From NCBI GenBank assembly GCA_035650735.1, contig DASRGZ010000217.1:1-46257 (forward strand): DNA of 46,257 nt, in the 5' to 3' direction. This document shows positions 8,897-18,769 of this stretch, in pieces. The stretch's first letter is position 1. Each line of letters starts with the position of its first letter. The stretch comes from Chthonomonadaceae bacterium (GTDB taxonomy: Bacteria; Armatimonadota; Chthonomonadetes; Chthonomonadales; Chthonomonadaceae). Both the position numbers and the translations under genes were made by a program. Under the pieces are notes generated by a model, which was not told where the DNA came from, made no database searches, and saw only the letters and a list, made by a program, of their open reading frames with translations.

Positions 8897-9937
8897 ATGG
8901 GAGAGGTTTCCATGCTGGACGTTATGGCGCAGTGCCGGGCCGTGCGGGAAAACGTGGGGCTGCTGGATCGCTCCGAGATAGGCAAGCTGGCGATCTTTGG
9001 CCCGGATCGCTACACCTGGCTGCAGGGCATGGTCAGCAACGACACGCGGCGTCTGGAGCAGGGCGCGCCCTCGCTTCCCGCCTGCATCCTCACCCCTACC
9101 GGCCACGTGCTGACCGACCTGACGCTTATCAACGTCGTCGGCGAGAACCCCCTGGCCCCCGCGCTCGGCCTGCCCGCGCCCGACTTCGTGCTGGCTGTGC
9201 TGCCGCGCGAGAACGCGGAGAAGATAGCTACCTTCCTGGATCGCTATATTATTATGGAGGAGGTGGAGCTGCGCGACGTCAGCGAGGCCATCGGCTGCTT
9301 CTCGCTGCAAGGGCCGCACGCCGCTGAGCTCTGGCAATCGCTGGCGGGTCGGATGGGTGATCGCGTCGTGGTCGTCGAGGCCGACCCTACCGGCAGCGGC
9401 GGGCTTGATCTCTACTTTCCCAGCGCGGAGCGCGAGGCGGGGCGAAGCGCATTGCTTGGCACGGGCGCGGCGGAGGTCGGGCCGGAGGCGCAGGAGATTT
9501 TGCGGGTGGAGGCGGGCATCCCGCGATACGGCGCGGAGCTGGATGAGAGCGTCATTGCGCTGGAGGCCAACCTGGGGCCGACCCATATCAGCCTAACCAA
9601 AGGCTGCTATATCGGGCAGGAGATCATCGCGCGCATCGACTCGCGCGGCCATACCAACCGTGCCCTGACGGGCCTGCTCATCACCGGGGAAGCCGTGCCC
9701 GCGCCCGGCGCCAGACTCTATCCTCTTCCGACTTCCGGGGAGTCGGCGCCGCGCGACGTGGGCCGGATCACCAGCGTCGTCGCCTCCTCGCCGGCCATGG
9801 GCGGACGCCCCATCGCGCTCGGCTATGTGCGTCACGAACAGCGCGCTCCGGGCACGCCGCTGCGCGCCGGCGAAGCGCCCGCCGCGCCGACGGTCGAAGT
9901 TGTGGAACTTCCCTTCTATCGTAGGCCGGCCTCGTGA
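8897..9937 (+). CDS. ygfZ: Folate-binding aminomethyltransferase-like protein (GcvT/YgfZ family)
   Basis: GPDRYTWLQGMVSND, LRVEAGIP and the signature KGCYIGQEIIARI; alternative start at 8912. Confidence 0.85.
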   Translation: MGEVSMLDVMAQCRAVRENVGLLDRSEIGKLAIFGPDRYTWLQGMVSNDTRRLEQGAPSLPACILTPTGHVLTDLTLINVVGENPLAPALGLPAPDFVLAVLPRENAEKIATFLDRYIIMEEVELRDVSEAIGCFSLQGPHAAELWQSLAGRMGDRVVVVEADPTGSGGLDLYFPSAEREAGRSALLGTGAAEVGPEAQEILRVEAGIPRYGAELDESVIALEANLGPTHISLTKGCYIGQEIIARIDSRGHTNRALTGLLITGEAVPAPGARLYPLPTSGESAPRDVGRITSVVASSPAMGGRPIALGYVRHEQRAPGTPLRAGEAPAAPTVEVVELPFYRRPAS

Positions 9938-10896
9938 GCGCCCCAGAGGAGACCGCCGAAAACGCGCCCTGCGCGGCAACGCCGCCATCGAGCCGGGACC
10001 GTTCCACGCACAGCCGCGCCGAAACGCGCGTCGTTTCCCCTGCCGCCGCCCTCGCCCTGGCGGGCATCAACCTGCTCTGGGGCGGCTCTCTGGTGGCGGC
10101 CAAATATGCCCTGACGGCCTTCGGCCCCTTCACGCTGACGGCCATGCGCTTCTTTCCGGCAAGCCTGCTGCTGCTGGCGGCGGCCCGCGCGGGCGGTCAC
10201 CGCCTGACCGTCCGCCGCGCCGATTGGCCCGCGCTCTTCCTCCTCGGCAGCGTCTCCATCGCCCTCACCTACGGCGTGTTCTACATCGGGGCCGACCGTA
10301 CGAGCGCCACCGATGCCTCGCTCCTCTTTGCCTGCGAGCCTATCCTGATCGCCCTCTTTGCGGGCCTGTTCCTGCGCGAGCGGCTGACCCTGCGGCAGTG
10401 GAACGGGCTGCTGCTGGGCGTGCTGGGCATCTGGCTGATCGCCGGGCAGGCGCTTGGCAACCGGATCGCGCTGCTGGCCCTCTGCTTTGAGACCGCCGCC
10501 AGCGTCCTTGCCAAGCGGCTGGCATCGGCGTACCCCGGCCTGGTGATCGTGAGCTGGCAGATGCTGATCGGCTCCTCCCTACTGCTTCCGGTAGCCGGAT
10601 GGGAATTGGCGCATCGCTCGGCAACGCTCTCCTGGCAGGCGCTGGGCGGCTGGCTCTACCTCAGCCTCCTCTGTTCGGCGCTCTGCTACGGCATCTGGTA
10701 CCACTTCCTGACCCGGTTTCCGGTTTCCGCGATGGGCGTGTTTATTCTGCTGCAACCGGTGGTGGGGCCGCTGTATGGGCGGCTATTCCTGGGGGAATCG
10801 CTCAGGCCGGGCAGCGCCCTGGGCGGCGCGCTGGTCCTCCTCGGCATAGCGCTGACCACGCTCGCTCGGAAGCCCTCATCCCCTGTTCCCCCTTGA
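9934..10896 (+). CDS. DMT/EamA family transporter
   Basis: About 10 hydrophobic segments, LWGGS..AK, P.....RF and LFLRERLT / LFLGESL duplicated EamA pattern; GTGA overlap with the upstream gene. Confidence 0.88.
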   Translation: MSAPEETAENAPCAATPPSSRDRSTHSRAETRVVSPAAALALAGINLLWGGSLVAAKYALTAFGPFTLTAMRFFPASLLLLAAARAGGHRLTVRRADWPALFLLGSVSIALTYGVFYIGADRTSATDASLLFACEPILIALFAGLFLRERLTLRQWNGLLLGVLGIWLIAGQALGNRIALLALCFETAASVLAKRLASAYPGLVIVSWQMLIGSSLLLPVAGWELAHRSATLSWQALGGWLYLSLLCSALCYGIWYHFLTRFPVSAMGVFILLQPVVGPLYGRLFLGESLRPGSALGGALVLLGIALTTLARKPSSPVPP

Positions 10897-10900
10897 TCTA

Positions 10901-12208
10901 TCATATCTCCAAGGCCGAAGACTTGCGGAGGCGCACCTCGTCCATGCCGAGGGCGATAATGGCCGCGTAGGCAACGATGCCGCTGGCGATCAGGAAGGCG
11001 GCGGCATAGCCCCAGATTCCGGCGATAGCGCCCAGTACCAGGGGCGCCGGCACCGTCGTTAACTGCGCCGTCGTCACTGCGCCGAGGGCCATCGCATGGT
11101 CGCGTTGCGGCACGACCTCCAGCAGATAGTTCACCAGCAGCTGATAGAGCGGGAAGCGAAATCCCACCAGCGCATAGACGCCCGTAAACCAGGCCCAGTG
11201 TCCCCGGAACGGCTCCAGCCCGCCCAGCACCAGCGCTGCCAGCGGCACCATCGCCTCCACCCAGAGCAAGATGCAGATGATAAGGCGGTTGCCCTTCCGG
11301 TCGGCGGCGCGACCGAAGATGCTGCTCGAAACCGATTGCCATAGCACCTGAAAGAGGGTCGCCAGCACCAGCGCGCCCTCCGAAAACGTGCCGGACTGCC
11401 GCCAGTAGCCGGTATAAAACTGGAGCATACTACCGCTGATGCTCACAGCAATGTTGACTACCATCAGCCGGGCCAGGTTGCGGTTATAGCGAGTCAGAAC
11501 GACAAAGGCGCGCAGGGTGCTGTAGAGTCCTGTGCGACGGCCAGCCGGAGGGGAGGGCGCCTCCCGCACCCACAGCAGCGAGGCTCCTGCCAGCACAAAG
11601 AACAGCGTCGTTAGCGTGAAGGCCAGCGCGTAGTTGCGCGGCTCCGGGAAGTGCCCCTTGCCGATGACCCTGTACAGCAGCAGGATCGCGCCGACGTTGA
11701 TTACCCCGGAGAGCATCATCCCGACTGCCATAGCCTGGCCCCGCCTTTCTGCGGGAATGATCTTGCCCAGCAGCGCGCCCTGCGCTACCGAAACCGCCCC
11801 CAGGAACGTGAAGAAGAGCGAATAACAGAGGCCGAAGACCCAGAGGCTTTGCGCCCTATCGCCGGCGGCGGGCGACCAGAGGTAGATTGTCAGCGCCGCC
11901 CAGGACGCAACGGTAAGGCCCCAGAAGAGCAGCACCGCCATAACCTTCTGCCGGAACCGATCCACGATGGGCGCGGCGATCAGCGGGGCCAGGTTTTGGC
12001 CGACTTTATTGAGCGAGGCGAAGAGGCCCATGACGGTGGGCGCGGGTGCCAGATAGCTGATAAGCCCGGCCATCATGGTGCTTTCCATCTTGAACTGCCA
12101 GCCGATCCGATAGAAAAACTGGTAGGCCACCCAGGCCCAGAAGTTGCGGGGAAGGCAGGGGATCTCCTCCGGTGTGGGAGGGGCGGGTCGTAGGGCAGGC
12201 GTGGACAA
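10901..12208 (-). CDS. MFS transporter
   Basis: About 12 TM segments; PIVDRFRQK and FGRAADRKGNR motif A-like loops; IPAERRGQAMA. Confidence 0.85.
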   Translation of the reverse strand: MSTPALRPAPPTPEEIPCLPRNFWAWVAYQFFYRIGWQFKMESTMMAGLISYLAPAPTVMGLFASLNKVGQNLAPLIAAPIVDRFRQKVMAVLLFWGLTVASWAALTIYLWSPAAGDRAQSLWVFGLCYSLFFTFLGAVSVAQGALLGKIIPAERRGQAMAVGMMLSGVINVGAILLLYRVIGKGHFPEPRNYALAFTLTTLFFVLAGASLLWVREAPSPPAGRRTGLYSTLRAFVVLTRYNRNLARLMVVNIAVSISGSMLQFYTGYWRQSGTFSEGALVLATLFQVLWQSVSSSIFGRAADRKGNRLIICILLWVEAMVPLAALVLGGLEPFRGHWAWFTGVYALVGFRFPLYQLLVNYLLEVVPQRDHAMALGAVTTAQLTTVPAPLVLGAIAGIWGYAAAFLIASGIVAYAAIIALGMDEVRLRKSSALEI

Positions 12209-12323
12209 TGGAGAGACGTTCCTTTCCGCGCGATCTGCGCGCGGTAATCATTCTCCACCGGCAATGGGTATGCCTGCTCTCTTTGCTGCAATCAAGGCAC
12301 CAAGTCGGCCTTCGCCGACTCTT

Positions 12324-12368
12324 TCTCCCCTCTCCCGCAGCGTGGGAGAGGGGGATAGGGGGTGAGGG
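12324..12368. repeat. REP-like family 1 hairpin (empty)
   Basis: tctcccctctcccgcagcgtgggagagggggatagggggtgaggg. Confidence 0.75.
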
Positions 12369-12384
12369 CCGCAGGGGATGGCGT

Positions 12385-12621
12385 CTAGCCCTCCTCTGTC
12401 CCTATCGGCACGCCGGAAATGGACATGCGCAGCGGCGTGAACTGGACAAGCTCCGAGCGCGGCAGCCAGACCAGCGTGGTCGTCGCGCACAAAAAGCCTT
12501 CCGCGTTCTCGCGAATCAGGCTGAGACAGACTTGCTCTTCGCTCAGGCTCAGCACCACATACTCGCCCGCCTCCGCCGTGGGCAGGTCTTCCTCCAGATA
12601 GAGCACATCTCCGGGCTGCAT
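12385..12621 (-). CDS. Small acidic hypothetical protein
   Basis: 78-aa ORF with an GGAGGGAG RBS-like sequence upstream and protein-like composition; no family recognised. Confidence 0.55.
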   Translation of the reverse strand: MQPGDVLYLEEDLPTAEAGEYVVLSLSEEQVCLSLIRENAEGFLCATTTLVWLPRSELVQFTPLRMSISGVPIGTEEG

Positions 12622-13364
12622 GGCTTCTCCCTCCGCCTATCCCATCGCGCCCGTTCGCTGCCTGCGGCCGCAGCCACCTGCCAGACGCTTCCCGCAACGC
12701 ACCCCTCCTGGAGGGTAGCACAAAGCCAGTGGAACCGTCAACCCGAAACGGATACGGAGCGCTCAGGCCGTTCCTGGATTGATCTGGCAAATGTCAATTT
12801 TTGAAAAGGAAATTTTCTGGTAATCGCTCCCAACGGTGTGGACGTATCTCCTCAGCAGCAGGCTGCGTGAGATTGATCCACACGGCTGGGAGTGTCTACC
12901 AATTTTCTATAACTACGCTGTAATTAAGCAGGAAAAGCGGACTTTATCGCGAATCAACACAGCGAGTACACTGCACGCAAGCAAGTTTGTGTGTACACCC
13001 CGTCGGAGCCCTGATGACTCCGGGGCGCTCTGGCCTGTTGCTGCAATTCTCCATCCCTAGCAATACACGACGGCAAGCGAGCTATGTGCTGCATCCCGGT
13101 CATATCGTGGCGATTTACCACCATTGTTAAACTACATCTCCCTGATTCCACTTCTGCGCTCTTTCCTGACGGGGGAGGAGGAGACGAACCAGCAGATCCA
13201 ACGGCCCTATATACACTATCCTGCGGCGTCCGACAGCCTGCCTGCTGCGCCGCTCCGGCTAGACAAGCCTCGTTAGTACCTGTGCGGTGACCCTGTTCAT
13301 TCGTGTGGATACCGTGGAGTACAGCGGAGGAGGATTGCATTCGACAGCAGTTAAGAAAGGAACG

Positions 13365-16300
13365 ATGCAGATGTCCAAGTTACTTTTCGTTCGCTCGGTC
13401 TGCCGGAGCGTCGCAGCGGGAATCCTGCTCTGCGCCGCCTGGCCGCTATCGGCGCAAACCCGCCCGGTTGCGCCCGAGGCGGCCAGACCAGCGGGGCTGA
13501 GCGCGGCCAATGTGGATATGCACTCCGTCAGCGCCCTCGAACGCCTGCTCAAAGGCCACTGGGCCAAGGCCCACTCCGACAAGGCCAGCAGAAAGCGCGT
13601 CGAAGGGGAGCAGGATCGCGACCGGGAGCGGGCCGCAGGCGGCGCGCGCTTCCGGCCCATTATCAAAGGCAAGCACCAGGAAGAGGAAGAGACCCAGGGG
13701 CTGTGGCTCCCCGCTCGGCTCTTTTTCATGAAGCAGCGCGCCTTCCCCTTTGACCGGGTGGATTACGAGGCTTATAGCCGTGCCAGACTCCAGCGCGACC
13801 ATATGCCGGCGGCCAACCTGCAGGGACTCTTCCGCCACGGACCCGGCGCCGCCCCGTTGTCCGGTCCCCGGATGCAACTCAACCAGGTCGGGCCACGCTG
13901 GGAATCGCTCGGGCCTGGCGGCTACGATTTCGGCGTTTTGAGCTGGCGCGTCAACGGCATGGGCTTCGACCGGACCAACCCCAATACCCTCTACGTCGCC
14001 GCACCCAGTGGCGGCATCTGGAAAACGACCGACGGCGGCAATAGCTGGCGCCCGCTCACCGATGCCATGCCGGGCCTGGCCGCTAGCTGCGTCTCCGTCA
14101 GCCCCACCAACCACAACCTGGTGCTGGCCGGCACCGGCGACTATGACGGCGGCAACGGTCCCGGCTTCGGCGTCCTGCGCTCCACCGACGGCGGCGCAAC
14201 CTGGACCATTATAAACATTGGGTCTGGCAGCGAGGCCATCCATCGCATCACTTTCGACCCGCGCACGCCCTCCAAAATCTTTGCCACCGGCGGGCGCAAG
14301 GGCCTCTTCCGCTCGATTGATTCCGGGCGCACCTGGCAGATGGTGATCGGCCCCACGGCCACGCCAACGGCCCCTGCGGTCAACGGCTCTTTCAGCAACG
14401 TCGTCTACAACTCCAGCGGCGAAACGATCTATGCCAGCGCTGATGGCGCCGGCATCTACCAGTCTACCAATGGGGGCACGACCTGGATACAGGCCCCCGG
14501 CGCGCCCACCGGATCGGGACGCTTCGACGTCGCCTGCTCGACCATTCGCACCCTGCGCGGGCGCAAGACCGTCTACGTCCTCAACGGCGGCGGCGAGTCG
14601 GTCTCCAAGGGCGAGCCGCCCGCCGACGACGACCGCGGCACTATCCAGTGGAAGGCGCTGGATGGCTTCCCGAAGACGCCCAAGTTCATCGTCCGCCCCT
14701 ATTGGGACCAGAAAGGCTACAACTTCTACCTGGCCGTCACCAGACAGGTCGTCAACGACCCGGGCGATCCGACTGCCAACCCTCCCATCCCGGCCAGCAA
14801 TGGGTTCAAGGACATCGTCTATGTCGGCATGGTAGACCTCTGGCAATCGCAGGACGGGGGCATACTCTGGCAGGGCGTGCCCACCTACCATGTGGACCAC
14901 CACATGATGTTCGTCAGCCCCTTCGATCCTAACCTCGTCTACGACGGCAACGACGGCGGCGTTTATCGCGTATCCTATACGCCGGGCACCGAGCCGCGCC
15001 CGACTCCCATGATTCCCAACCCGCCCATGAATCCGCCCCCCGTGCCTGCGGCGGGCCAGCCACGCTATGGCACCTTCAACTTCATCCAGCCGCTCAACCG
15101 GGGGCTGGGCATCGCCCAGTTCTACACAGCGGCCTACGCCGCCAACAATCCCAATCTTATGGTCGGCGGCACGCAGGACAACGGCAACGTGGCGCCCCTC
15201 CTTGGCTTCGACAACTGGTTTAACGTCAATGGAGGCGACGGCGGCGGCTGCGGCATCAATCCGGAGGACGGCAACATTCAGTATACGTCCAACTTCACCC
15301 CCAAGCTCCTCGATCCGCAGGCCGAGCCGATCTATGAGGTCTACCATACCACCGATGCGTGGAATTCGCAGGAGAATATTGACCTGGATGTCGGAGATGA
15401 TACCAAGCCCTTCATCCTGGCGGGCGGGATTCACCAGGGCAATCCGCACCTCTTCCTGCTGGCCACCAACCATCTCTATCGCTTCGACGATACCATCGGC
15501 GACTGGATCCAGTACGACTTCCAGTTCTCCGACCAGGGCTACGTTCTGACGATTGCCACCACGCCGCTGAACCCGAACTATCTCTACGTCGGGACAACCG
15601 ATGGCACGCTCTACTTCTCTGCCGACGGCGGCGATAGCTTCTCGGAGATCGGCAATGCCGGAGCGCCCGGCGGACTGCCCCTGCGCTCCATCACCAAGAT
15701 CGTGGTCAGCCCTAACGATCCGAACCGCATCTTCGTGACCGTCTCCGGCACCGGCACGCCCCATATCTGGCGCTGCGACGACACCACCGCATTCGCTCCC
15801 ATCTGGAGAGATATTAGCGGCACGGGCGGCAGTTCCCCACTGCCCGATATCTTCACCAACACCCTGGCCGTCCTGCCGGACACTGACGATAGCGTGCTCT
15901 TTGTCGGCACCGACGTCGGCGTCTTCCAGTCCGCCAACGGCGGCCAGACCTGGAGCAACGCCACCGCGACGCTGGGCCTGCCCAACGTCATCGTGAATGA
16001 CCTGACCTATGTGCCGGGAACCGGATATCTGCAGGCGGCCACCTTCGGGCGCGGCTTCTGGCGGCTGCAACTGCGCACCTCGGAGAACACGCCCGCCCAG
16101 TTCACGGTGCAGTTCCATTGCCGGGACTGGGTCGGCGACGACACCCAGTTGCCGATCAAGGTCGAGCTACAGCAGGGAGGCATCTCGGTAGTGACCAAGA
16201 ACGGCACGTTGGCGCGCGACGGCACGTTCGGCTTCACGGTGCCCAATGCAGGCGTCTACGATGTCTACGTGACGATCCCGAGGTTCCTACGCAAGAAGTT

Positions 16301-16532
16301 TGCCGATCTGAACATCACGGATGGAACGGTGGCCTCCGCGGAGTTCATTGATGGAGACGTCAACGGCGATAACGTGATTAACAGAACGGACCTGTACGCG
16401 ATAGCCTTCCGCCTCTTCGGTCCGGGCTTCGGCAATCCAGCGCCCGGCCTGCTGGATGTGGATGGGGACGGCTACGTCACATTCCGCGACCTCAACATCG
16501 TCGCGACCAACCAGGGCAAGAGCGGCGATTAA
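13365..16532 (+). CDS. Large secreted BNR/Asp-box (VPS10/GH74-like beta-propeller) protein with C-terminal dockerin-like domain
   Basis: Signal peptide (…AAWPLSA); many S/T-x-D-G-G-x-T/S-W repeats; AATFGRGFW propeller end; C-terminal GDVNGDNVINRTDL and DVDGDGYVTFRDL duplicated Ca-binding loops; AAAGGA RBS before ATG 13365. Confidence 0.85.
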   Translation: MQMSKLLFVRSVCRSVAAGILLCAAWPLSAQTRPVAPEAARPAGLSAANVDMHSVSALERLLKGHWAKAHSDKASRKRVEGEQDRDRERAAGGARFRPIIKGKHQEEEETQGLWLPARLFFMKQRAFPFDRVDYEAYSRARLQRDHMPAANLQGLFRHGPGAAPLSGPRMQLNQVGPRWESLGPGGYDFGVLSWRVNGMGFDRTNPNTLYVAAPSGGIWKTTDGGNSWRPLTDAMPGLAASCVSVSPTNHNLVLAGTGDYDGGNGPGFGVLRSTDGGATWTIINIGSGSEAIHRITFDPRTPSKIFATGGRKGLFRSIDSGRTWQMVIGPTATPTAPAVNGSFSNVVYNSSGETIYASADGAGIYQSTNGGTTWIQAPGAPTGSGRFDVACSTIRTLRGRKTVYVLNGGGESVSKGEPPADDDRGTIQWKALDGFPKTPKFIVRPYWDQKGYNFYLAVTRQVVNDPGDPTANPPIPASNGFKDIVYVGMVDLWQSQDGGILWQGVPTYHVDHHMMFVSPFDPNLVYDGNDGGVYRVSYTPGTEPRPTPMIPNPPMNPPPVPAAGQPRYGTFNFIQPLNRGLGIAQFYTAAYAANNPNLMVGGTQDNGNVAPLLGFDNWFNVNGGDGGGCGINPEDGNIQYTSNFTPKLLDPQAEPIYEVYHTTDAWNSQENIDLDVGDDTKPFILAGGIHQGNPHLFLLATNHLYRFDDTIGDWIQYDFQFSDQGYVLTIATTPLNPNYLYVGTTDGTLYFSADGGDSFSEIGNAGAPGGLPLRSITKIVVSPNDPNRIFVTVSGTGTPHIWRCDDTTAFAPIWRDISGTGGSSPLPDIFTNTLAVLPDTDDSVLFVGTDVGVFQSANGGQTWSNATATLGLPNVIVNDLTYVPGTGYLQAATFGRGFWRLQLRTSENTPAQFTVQFHCRDWVGDDTQLPIKVELQQGGISVVTKNGTLARDGTFGFTVPNAGVYDVYVTIPRFLRKKFADLNITDGTVASAEFIDGDVNGDNVINRTDLYAIAFRLFGPGFGNPAPGLLDVDGDGYVTFRDLNIVATNQGKSGD

Positions 16533-16617
16533 CAGAGACGACAGCACAACCTCGGGCCCTCGCTGTGCCGGGTACGGAGCGTACCCGTCTGAGTGGTTCC
16601 TTCGCAGTGCAGTCCGC

Positions 16618-16667
16618 AAAAAGGTCCTCCCGGTAGAAACCTGCCGCCGGGAGGACTTTTTCTTTTT
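16618..16667 (+). terminator. Intrinsic terminator (possibly bidirectional)
   Basis: Stem gtcctcccgg (16624-16633) / ccgggaggac (16647-16656), followed by a T-tract and preceded by an A-tract. Confidence 0.8.
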
Positions 16668-16996
16668 GAGCGATTGCGATTTACCGGAGAGGGCTCGGTC
16701 TTACTGCCCTCTTTTTTATATTGCTGTCCTTCTATCAAGTCCGAGGGAATACTTATCGTATGGCTACCTCAAGGTGCAGCGCATATGGGAAGAAATTCAC
16801 CGGATTGGATATTACCTCTCAAAAGGCGCGAAACGAGAGTATCAAACTTAATGCGCAGACACTCAATCGGGGTAAAGTTGTAGGCTGGTGTCTGGACAGG
16901 CTGCCTATAAAAAGGTAAAATAACAACGTAGGCCGAATATAACCGCAAAGGCAGTGGAATCTGGCTGGAGGGCAAGCTCGCAAAGGAGAGTCTGCA

Positions 16997-18322
16997 ATGC
17001 TCACGATTCAAGGTGGCGGACAGCGGTTTTGCGATGGCATTTCGCGGCGGGAGTTCTTAAAGATCGGCGGGCTGGCGTTAGGGGGCTTGAGCCTGACGGA
17101 AATTCTTGCGGCGGAGGCGCAGGCTGGCGTCCGCCGGTCGCACAAAGCCATTATTATGATCTTCCTGCCGGGCGGCCCGCCACATCAGGATATGTTCGAC
17201 CTGAAGCCGGACGCGCCCGCCGAGATACGCGGCGAGTTCAAGCCGATCAAGACCAACGTGTCCGGCATCCAGATCTGCGAGCACATGCCCCGCCTCGCCA
17301 CCATGATGGATAAGTTTGCCGTCATCCGTTCCCTGGTGGGCGCGCGGGATGAGCACGCTTCCAATATCTGCTTTAGCGGCTACACGGTGGCCGAGAGCAG
17401 CCAGAACCATGCGCCCTGCATGGGATCGGTCATCTCCAAGCTGCAAGGGCCGGTAGATAAGACCGTGCCGCCCTTCATCGGCCTGTCGCCGAAAATGGGC
17501 CACATGCCCTGGGCCGATCCCGGCGATCCCGGCTTCCTCGGTTTAGAGCACAGCCCGCTCAAGCCCGACGGGGAGCTTATGGCGGATATGACCCTCAAAG
17601 GCATCACGCTGGATCGACTGGCGGACCGCCGCAGGCTGCTTGCCAGCCTGGACCGCTTCCGCCGCAAGGTGGACACGCTAGAGGGGATGGACGCGCTCCA
17701 TCAGCGCGCCTTCGACCTGCTGACCTCCACCAAGCTCGTCAATGCCCTGGACGTGACGAAGGAAGACCCAAAGGTGCGCGCCCGGTACGGCTACGGCACG
17801 AACCAGAACGTGGACGACGGCGGGCCGTGCTGGAACGATCAGTTTCTGGTGGCGCGGCGGCTGGTGGAGGCAGGCGCGCGCTGCGTGACGCTGGCCTTTG
17901 GCCGCTGGGACTACCACGACCGCAATTTCGCGCAGTGCAAGGAGCGGCTGCCCAAGCTGGATCAGGCCCTGTGTGCGCTGGTGCAGGACATCCACGACCG
18001 AGGGCTGGATAAGGACGTCTCTGTGGTCGTCTGGGGTGAGTTCGGACGCACGCCCCACATCAACAAGGATGGCGGACGCGATCACTGGCCGCGCGTCTCC
18101 TGCTGTCTGCTGGCCGGCGGCGGCATGAAGACCGGGCAGGTCATCGGCTCCACGACCCGCTTTGCCGAAGAACCCGCCGATCGGCCTGTCCACTATAAGG
18201 AGGTCTTCGCCACGCTCTACCGCAACATGGGGATTAACATCAAGGATACGCCGGTCATGGATACGCTTGGCCGTCCCCACTACCTGCTGGAAGACTACGC
18301 GCCGGTTCCCGAATTGATTTAA
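16997..18322 (+). CDS. DUF1501 domain protein with twin-arginine-like signal
   Basis: SRREFLKIG, IFLPGGPPHQDMFDLKP, LVARRLVEAGAR, WDYH, WGEFGRTP and GRDHWP; AAGGAG RBS. Confidence 0.9.
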   Translation: MLTIQGGGQRFCDGISRREFLKIGGLALGGLSLTEILAAEAQAGVRRSHKAIIMIFLPGGPPHQDMFDLKPDAPAEIRGEFKPIKTNVSGIQICEHMPRLATMMDKFAVIRSLVGARDEHASNICFSGYTVAESSQNHAPCMGSVISKLQGPVDKTVPPFIGLSPKMGHMPWADPGDPGFLGLEHSPLKPDGELMADMTLKGITLDRLADRRRLLASLDRFRRKVDTLEGMDALHQRAFDLLTSTKLVNALDVTKEDPKVRARYGYGTNQNVDDGGPCWNDQFLVARRLVEAGARCVTLAFGRWDYHDRNFAQCKERLPKLDQALCALVQDIHDRGLDKDVSVVVWGEFGRTPHINKDGGRDHWPRVSCCLLAGGGMKTGQVIGSTTRFAEEPADRPVHYKEVFATLYRNMGINIKDTPVMDTLGRPHYLLEDYAPVPELI

Positions 18323-18375
18323 CCGCCTCCCTCCTTCCTAATAAGGATTCCAGGGAGGAGCCATTCCGTTTTCTT

Positions 18376-18706
18376 TGCGGGCGGTTGAAACCGCAGCAAC
18401 CAGAGCACTAAACCCGCCTGCGCGGCGTGCGGGGAGAGGAGAAGCCCTCACCCCCTGCCCCCTACTGCCAGGGTCGGCCCTGCAACGGACTGCCAGGGTC
18501 GCGCCTGCAATGGTTCGCCCCTCCGCCTTGCGATCAACGCTGCGGGAGAGGGGAGCCTCTCTTCCTCCCAGGTTCTTCGGTTCTGCCTTATCTCCCCTCC
18601 TCCCCGGCCCTTCTCCCTCCAAGGGAGAAGGGGGAAGAGAAGTCGGGTCACCCCCTTCCCTTGTAGGGAAGGGGGACGGGGGTTAGGTAAGGGAATTTAT
18701 TCGCCC
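18376..18706. repeat. Cluster of REP-like elements (family 2 at 18376-18426; family 1 at 18445-18553 and 18595-18687)
   Basis: gcgggcggttgaaaccgcagcaac is also present at 33624 and, diverged and inverted, at about 40810-40858; several perfect short hairpins. Confidence 0.8.
18464..18533 (-). mobile_element. 45-nt mini-element (18489-18533) plus an orphan 25-nt right part
   Basis: 18464-18507 is identical to 3106-3149 (44 nt); it sits in a hairpin matching the empty copy at 12324-12368. Confidence 0.72.
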
Positions 18707-18769
18707 GCAATCCAAACAGGGGAAATCCTCGGCGCTGGCCTTATGCCTCGGCTGTTGATAAACTGGCGC

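Noticed and set aside
13003..13027. ctgatga in a small hairpin as a hammerhead ribozyme core
   Set aside because: No downstream stem II followed by GAAA, and no three-way junction can be drawn.
13446..16118. 890-aa ORF on the minus strand
   Set aside because: Antisense shadow of the BNR-repeat gene; GC-rich codon bias removes stops on the opposite strand, and it has no recognisable motifs.
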